A DNA stretch of 63,417 nucleotides from a virus. Lineage: Duplodnaviria > Caudoviricetes. Under the pieces are notes generated by a model, which was not told where the DNA came from, did not search any database, and saw only the letters and a program-made list of their open reading frames with translations. Shown piece after piece: positions 57,693-63,417 of this stretch. How positions within the stretch are numbered: the first letter of the stretch is position 1; every line of letters starts with the position of its first letter. The translations under genes and the position numbers were made by a program. The stretch is from the IMG/VR virus record IMGVR_UViG_3300047552_000359, positions 1 through 63,417 of that record, one strand, 5' to 3'.

Positions 57693-59815
57693 TAAGCACC
57701 TCGTTGGAGTTCTGGTGAGCCCATTTGCTCACCTAGTAAGTTTCTACTCATAGGCTTAGTAGGAGAACCCCCATTAGATACTTGGCCATTAACATCCCCA
57801 CCATTATTCTGCCCAGTCAGCGTTGCCATTGCCTGTTGGTCAAGTAGGTCTGCAATCTGCTCGAAGTGGTCTTCGTCTGGAAGATTCAGGTCGTTAGCCT
57901 TAGCTACTTCTTTGAGCATGTACCCAATATTCTTACTTCCCAGTATCTGAGAGAATATGGGATTAGCTGTAGCATTCAGGAATTCTACTTTACGACTAGC
58001 AGCTTGCTCTCTTGCAAGAAGTCCAGCTACTCCTTTAGCAATAACACGTGCATCGCCTTTTACGGATGGGTCATTACTAAAGCGCATATTGTAATCATAG
58101 CACATAGAGATGTATGGAGTTATAACGTCATCATCTATATTAGCTACTACTGCTTTGATGGAGCGTGAAGCTGCGGCTAGGAGTTGGGTAAACACCGTAG
58201 CTGTTCCCGCAGTCACGCCCGATTGTGAAGCACCCTGTGCGTAAGCAGGCACAGAATGTTCGTCCATTAATTTAGCGAAGAAAGTGTAGGCATTAATAAG
58301 ACTCTCTGCCTGCATCTGAGGCTGATAGAAGTTGACAGCCGGACCTTCCTTCATTTGTGCTGATGTAGACTCCCAACGCTTCCAAGGATAGAGTGGTGAT
58401 TTGTCATCACACCTGTCCTTATTGACTTCAACTTGAGGCCCCGAAGCGATACCAACATTATTAACAAGAGCACGAACAATAGCATTACAGATTTCTTCAA
58501 TTGCCTGAATGAATTCAACAAGACCCTCTCCCCAAATCCATGCAGGATTTTTAGCCCAAGATGTTACGTGATAAGGCTTACGCCCTAGGTTATCTGGATT
58601 AAATACAGCCTTGATTACATAATCACCTATCTTCCAGCAATTGACTTGGTATTGCATCTCTGGGTCTATTTCACCTTCCATACCCCACTCAATAAGGTAA
58701 GAGCCGGGAACAGTGCCCCACAACTCCATAGCCTGTACTTTCTTAGTAGGTACGGTAATATTAGTTACATTCTGGTTCTGCTTTACACCTTGCTCTACTC
58801 TCTTGATTTGGGTTTCGTCATCCAACTTAACCCACTCTTCTTTAATTTCACCCTTCTCTAATCCATCCAGTACGGCTCTAATACGTTCTTCTGAGTATCC
58901 GGGAACGCCAATCAAGTCTGTAATAGCTTGTTTAGTGAGAAGGTGCATTTCTATAATATCCCCATCATTAGGGTCTGTAACCCCTGCTGTAGGGAAGAAG
59001 TTAAAAGGAGATACGCAATATACGTCAGGAACTAGCATATCCTCTGTGGATAATACAAATTTCCCTTCTATATCACGCTTCCATACTTGTTTTTTCTTTT
59101 TAGAAAGGATTGGGCCTTTTATGATGCCTGCTTTGGTGCGGGTAAAGTAAAATAAGAACTCTTTAAATGCCTTATTCCACCCACCTTCTTCATTCTGGTC
59201 ACGTATAAGGAGGGCTGCTCTACGACAACGCTCTTTAGCATCAGATATTAGCTCTGTGCGTGCCTCATCCATCAACTTTTCCTGCATTTCCATCAATTGA
59301 TTCTCTATTTGCGAATCAGGAACGACAACACCAGTCTGTTGTGCTATCATATCTGCTTGTGCTGCCATTTCTTCGGCTTTAAGTGCTACTTTTTCTACAA
59401 TACTGGAATAAGTCTCTTCTGGTAGGTCTGGTATTGCGGTTGGTTCCAAGTCCCAAGGGAGAACTGTGTCACCTCTGTAGATATCTTTTATCCAAGACTC
59501 TGCAGCACGGGCTTTATTCTCAGAATTTCTAATAAAGTGCTCAGAACCTTTGAAAGCACGGATAGCCATAAGTTTTGCATCTGAGTATCTACCCTTACAC
59601 TGCTGTAGACCAGACACCATTTCTGTACGGACGTCCCTATTTGCTTCCTTAGCCTTAAGCCAAACGTCATTAAAGTGCTTAGAAAGCTTATCTACTAAGG
59701 CTTCTTTGCGTTTAGCATACTCTTCTTCTATAATAGCCGCTGACATAGCCTGCGCTTCGTGCATTTTAGCTTCAAGGGCTAATGTTTCTGCTAGATTTTT
59801 ACTATCAACAGCCAT
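57692..59815 (-). CDS. Portal protein
   Basis: 707 aa; GIIKGP, VSPFNFFP, ELWG, WGEG; lies between terminase and scaffold. Confidence 0.85.
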   Translation of the reverse strand: MAVDSKNLAETLALEAKMHEAQAMSAAIIEEEYAKRKEALVDKLSKHFNDVWLKAKEANRDVRTEMVSGLQQCKGRYSDAKLMAIRAFKGSEHFIRNSENKARAAESWIKDIYRGDTVLPWDLEPTAIPDLPEETYSSIVEKVALKAEEMAAQADMIAQQTGVVVPDSQIENQLMEMQEKLMDEARTELISDAKERCRRAALLIRDQNEEGGWNKAFKEFLFYFTRTKAGIIKGPILSKKKKQVWKRDIEGKFVLSTEDMLVPDVYCVSPFNFFPTAGVTDPNDGDIIEMHLLTKQAITDLIGVPGYSEERIRAVLDGLEKGEIKEEWVKLDDETQIKRVEQGVKQNQNVTNITVPTKKVQAMELWGTVPGSYLIEWGMEGEIDPEMQYQVNCWKIGDYVIKAVFNPDNLGRKPYHVTSWAKNPAWIWGEGLVEFIQAIEEICNAIVRALVNNVGIASGPQVEVNKDRCDDKSPLYPWKRWESTSAQMKEGPAVNFYQPQMQAESLINAYTFFAKLMDEHSVPAYAQGASQSGVTAGTATVFTQLLAAASRSIKAVVANIDDDVITPYISMCYDYNMRFSNDPSVKGDARVIAKGVAGLLAREQAASRKVEFLNATANPIFSQILGSKNIGYMLKEVAKANDLNLPDEDHFEQIADLLDQQAMATLTGQNNGGDVNGQVSNGGSPTKPMSRNLLGEQMGSPELQRGA

Positions 59816-59827
59816 ATATAGCTCCTA

Positions 59828-60232
59828 CTAAGATAAATTAGTGAGTTTGTAAATAGCCTTTTGGTATTTAGCCAATAGGCCGTCTATGAGATTTTCAATA
59901 GTAGATGAACTTTCTGCTATTCCTACCCTATTTGCCTTAATCCAAGAGGCTTCCTGACGTATGTGAGTTAGGATATCGGTAGGTATTTCTGCCTTCTCTG
60001 TGCAAAATCCAGAGAGTATGCCCCGCTCACCCTGAATTACTTCTACCAAATCATCTACATCTTCTACAATCTGCTCATACAAATCACCTAGAGCCATGTG
60101 TGCTGCAAATGATTTAGTGTTCCAGTGTGCGAAGTGCAGTAGATTACGGGTAGTGAATACTTTACTGACTAATTCCTGTATCGTGCCTGCTTCTTCCAAG
60201 GCCTGCTTCATAGTTAGTCTAGGATTAGCCAT
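59828..60232 (-). CDS. Ferritin/Dps-like protein
   Basis: HFAHWNTKSFAAHMALGDLYE...DDLVE. Confidence 0.75.
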   Translation of the reverse strand: MANPRLTMKQALEEAGTIQELVSKVFTTRNLLHFAHWNTKSFAAHMALGDLYEQIVEDVDDLVEVIQGERGILSGFCTEKAEIPTDILTHIRQEASWIKANRVGIAESSSTIENLIDGLLAKYQKAIYKLTNLS

Positions 60233-60235
60233 TAT

Positions 60236-60475
60236 TTACTCCTTATCTCTGAGAGAAGGCTTAAGTATTTCTTTTGCTTTATTGCGGATAGTTTTCAAGT
60301 CTGGGATATTAGATGGGGTAGTAGGACTAGTAATAGCTTTGTAGTCTTCTTTAACAGAATCTACACCCTTCTTTATTGTATCTTTGATTGCATTGCCACC
60401 TTTTAAGATAGGCTGCAGTGCAGGAAGTGCTTTGAAAGTTTCTATTGGAGATGCCATAGTTCCTCCTAATTCCAA
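60236..60475 (-). CDS. Hypothetical protein
   Basis: Short ORF; likely start MASP after a GGAGG RBS. Confidence 0.55.
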   Translation of the reverse strand: MELGGTMASPIETFKALPALQPILKGGNAIKDTIKKGVDSVKEDYKAITSPTTPSNIPDLKTIRNKAKEILKPSLRDKE

Positions 60476-61959
60476 GCTGCGAAGTTAATTACATTCTGTT
60501 TTTTAGGTACTGATTCTATTTGACAAGATGCTATTCTTAAACCAGACATACACAAGTATCTTAAGCAGTCACAAAGGTGGTCATTCTTTTTAACAACAAC
60601 ACCTTTATCATTTCTGTGATATAAACTCAATTCTTTTAATAGATTCGTACATGATTTAAAAATCTTAAGTCTGCCTGTTTGTAGACGTACCCAAACCTCA
60701 TATATACCAGCTTCTACAGCATTCTCTGCGTGCTGAATCTTTAAGCCACACCCGCCTCTTTCTTCAGGCAAGGAATATATCTCAAATAGCTTCTGCCCGT
60801 CTATTTGTGACCTACCTCTAGCAGCAGGGTCTATTACGCCCTTAATCCACTCACCTCTTGCTTTAACTGATTTAGCATGAAGTAAGGGCTCTTGTTCTCC
60901 TGCGTAGTGCTCTGAGTAGATATAGAGAACATCTTGGTCGCGGTCTAGTGCTCCCCAGAGAACTGCAGTCTTATTCCAGCCTACGTCCATGCCATAAGCC
61001 TTTGCGTAGTACTTAGGTATTGGGAAGTCTTTAACAACTACTGAATCTAATTCAAATGGATAAATTCTGCCTGAACCAAGTACGGGGTTTCCATTCTCTC
61101 GTGCGTCTCTCTCGTTAGGTGGAATAGAAGCACGTAATTCTTCTTTAGCTTGCTCAGTAAGGTGCGGGGCATCAGCCCATGTTGCTGTAACGGTGTACTT
61201 GCTTGTGCTCTTCATCGCTGAGTTGTCTGTCTCCATAAAGGAAAGGACTACATCGCTCAAACCTCTCAGCGGAGTAAATGTAAGCATCACCAGACCATTT
61301 GTTGTCATTGTCCTGATTAGTGCTTCGCTGTATATTTCCAGTGGTGGTTCTTCGTCCAGCCAAATCAAATCTATTTCTGTTCCTTGCCATGTCTCTCTCC
61401 CCTGTTCATATGTCTTAAGTACCACAGAAGACACACCACCTGAGATATGATTTACTAGGATTGTCTCAATAGCGTCTGGTACGTTTCTTCTAGGTCTAGT
61501 ATCTTTTATCAGAGATTTATTAATCATCCCTGAACCAAAGTCTCCTATGCTACCCAGCAGTTTCTTTTGAATAATATCTCGGACAGTAGTTGAAGTATCT
61601 CCACCTATCCAAGCTTGTATTGGTCTAGTAAATCTTTTACCTGTCCACCAGTGGGGGTAAATACCTGTAGCGTGACAAGTCAACTCATATGCACCAAGTT
61701 CTGATTTTCCGACTCGGTTTCCTGCAATCAGAAGCCTTTCTCTATAAGTAGCCCCCGCTGCAATGAAGTCCATATGCTTCTTATATTTATCACGGCTATA
61801 CTCCCCTGTATCTGGGAACATAGATTCAAACTTATTGTACTTAGCGTGATTGGCTATAATCTCCAAAGCTTTAATAAGAGTCTCTTGTTCCTGAAAGGAC
61901 TTCTTATCCGTGTATGTAGTTATCAGACTCTTAGTGAGGGATTCAAGGAGGTTACTCAT
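60466..61959 (-). CDS. terL: Terminase large subunit
   Basis: AGNRVGKS Walker A, WLDEE Walker B, TFTP, GMDVG nuclease motif, NDHLCDCLRY. Confidence 0.96.
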   Translation of the reverse strand: MSNLLESLTKSLITTYTDKKSFQEQETLIKALEIIANHAKYNKFESMFPDTGEYSRDKYKKHMDFIAAGATYRERLLIAGNRVGKSELGAYELTCHATGIYPHWWTGKRFTRPIQAWIGGDTSTTVRDIIQKKLLGSIGDFGSGMINKSLIKDTRPRRNVPDAIETILVNHISGGVSSVVLKTYEQGRETWQGTEIDLIWLDEEPPLEIYSEALIRTMTTNGLVMLTFTPLRGLSDVVLSFMETDNSAMKSTSKYTVTATWADAPHLTEQAKEELRASIPPNERDARENGNPVLGSGRIYPFELDSVVVKDFPIPKYYAKAYGMDVGWNKTAVLWGALDRDQDVLYIYSEHYAGEQEPLLHAKSVKARGEWIKGVIDPAARGRSQIDGQKLFEIYSLPEERGGCGLKIQHAENAVEAGIYEVWVRLQTGRLKIFKSCTNLLKELSLYHRNDKGVVVKKNDHLCDCLRYLCMSGLRIASCQIESVPKKQNVINFAAWN

Positions 61960-62596
61960 TATCTTTCTCCACCTGTGCTTCTATTACATCTGCAGTCTGG
62001 GGAGGAAGTAGTTGTCTTAGCAACTCTGGACTAGACTTAAGCATCTCTAACAAAGCAGGAGCCAGTAGCTCTATTTTAGCTCTAGCTTCTTCTACTGTCA
62101 TCTCTTTAGTAGTTGTCTCTACTTCAGTCTTATTACTCCAGTTATGCAGATTCTGCATATAAGCTAACTTACCTGCAGACTGTCCTTTAGACACGTATAC
62201 ATCACTCTCTAGCCACTCGCTTATAATCAATCTAGCTTGCTCAAAAATAGCTTCGTATTCTGGATATTTCATGTAGGAATAACAACTCTGGGGATTCATC
62301 TTAAGATACAACATCATACCCTTAATCGACGGAACCTTATCCTTCTTCTCACAATCACAGAAATAATCATTAATTCTATTCCGCATTTTAGTTGGGGTAT
62401 ACTTCTTAGGTCTACCCCCTATGTTACCCATGCGTGTAATTGGTTTAGTTACAACTGTGTTAGCTTTCTTTAGTACCTTAGGGTCTGCTTCGTTCTCTCG
62501 CTCATCCTTAGTGTACTTAGCTCTAGGTGGATTCTTCTCTTGTAGTTTAGTTTGGTAATGTTCTTGGTCTGTCTTTACTACACGATTCTCTTGCAT
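61952..62596 (-). CDS. terS: Terminase small subunit (putative)
   Basis: GRPKKY...YF...PSIKG HTH-like region, directly upstream of terL. Confidence 0.7.
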   Translation of the reverse strand: MQENRVVKTDQEHYQTKLQEKNPPRAKYTKDERENEADPKVLKKANTVVTKPITRMGNIGGRPKKYTPTKMRNRINDYFCDCEKKDKVPSIKGMMLYLKMNPQSCYSYMKYPEYEAIFEQARLIISEWLESDVYVSKGQSAGKLAYMQNLHNWSNKTEVETTTKEMTVEEARAKIELLAPALLEMLKSSPELLRQLLPPQTADVIEAQVEKDNE

Positions 62597-63284
62597 ACTA
62601 AGTATCCTTTCAGGGCTTAGGTATTTTTACTGCCTTTTGCTTATTTTAGGCATAGGTTCATTAGAGGGGGTATACTCTATCATATTATTATAAGTAATAT
62701 GTAGTCATATAACCTCTATTGTGTTTCAATCTGTTTCGTATAGGCTGTATTTATTCAGCAGTAGTTTTAAGCACTACCCAAGCTTAACCCATGTGGGTCA
62801 TGACGTCGTTAGCTGAATTATCTTATAGTAGACACAAACATCAAATTAACTGTAGACCTAGATAGTCTTTACGTTTACCCTCGCAGAGCTTATGCCCCTT
62901 GCTGTTTCAGATGGTATCTAGTTATGTTTTGATGTTCAGCTAACACGCCTCTATAACATATTAGCTTGTCTACCAAGTAGCCCCCCTCTTTTAGCTCGTT
63001 TCCTATACGATTGTTTATTACCTCTATGTCTTAAATATCGTACTTAATCTTAAAATCTTAAATCTTTATTTAAATAAATATCTTTTCTGTAGCTTTTTGA
63101 TTAATATAATAGTCTATATATTTTATAGATTATTCTATACCCTCTCCGACTGTAAATCCTTATCTAGTGCACGTTGATGGTATATTCCATACATACACAC
63201 CCCTCATGTCGTGGTGGGTACCCGTAGACCCGCATGAATAGTGCATGTGTGCCAAAGAATCTTCATTACCCCTACCCCTTGATT

Positions 63285-63312
63285 TCGACAGATTTCGAGA
63301 ATGTGGCATAGT
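63285..63312 (+). promoter_or_regulatory. Candidate sigma-70 early promoter for the first gene
   Basis: TCGACA-16 nt-CATAGT with an extended TG; overlaps the direct repeat GATTTCGA x2. Confidence 0.35.
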
Positions 63313-63373
63313 TTGACCATCAGACGGCGACACCCCGTCCCGTCACATCACACAGCGCAAATGCGCAGGAGGC

Positions 63374-63417
63374 TATCACCATGACAAAGGAACAAATCGA
63401 CAAGCTCGTAGCAGACG
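63374..63417 (+). repeat. Terminal direct repeat / circular assembly overlap (right copy)
   Basis: Matches 1-44 with one mismatch. Confidence 0.95.

Noticed and set aside
1-63417. Genome-wide stop-codon reassignment to explain the in-frame stops
   Set aside because: Long genes are intact under the standard code, and TAA, TAG and TGA all end genes normally; the breaks are explained by introns or are local.

Overview
The window appears to be a complete, circularly assembled genome (about 63.4 kb) of an AT-rich tailed phage, probably a podovirus. The ends overlap by 44 bp, and I found no integrase. The + strand arm (1-28.7 kb) carries early and replication genes: tRNA-Leu(TAA), DNA ligase, an amidoligase/GATase-II/ATP-grasp trio, primase, helicase, a split family A DNA polymerase with two group I introns, a sigma factor, SSB, nucleases, an intein-containing phosphoesterase, dUTPase and a class II RNR with a group I intron. 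The - strand arm (28.7-62.6 kb) carries lysis, tail, ejection, capsid, portal and terminase genes. The most striking feature is a set of 17 small ORFs between 2.6 and 14.8 kb. They belong to at least five unrelated-looking families, yet all carry the peptide T-P-K-G-N (15 exact, 2 variants), almost always near the C-terminus. The motif is encoded with varying synonymous codons and usually lies 19-27 nt before the next start codon, and these genes sit at junctions between core replication genes. A second oddity is CTT-TAA-CTT inside polymerase motif A, a candidate stop-hop recoding site. All product calls come from motifs read by eye; no database searches were run.
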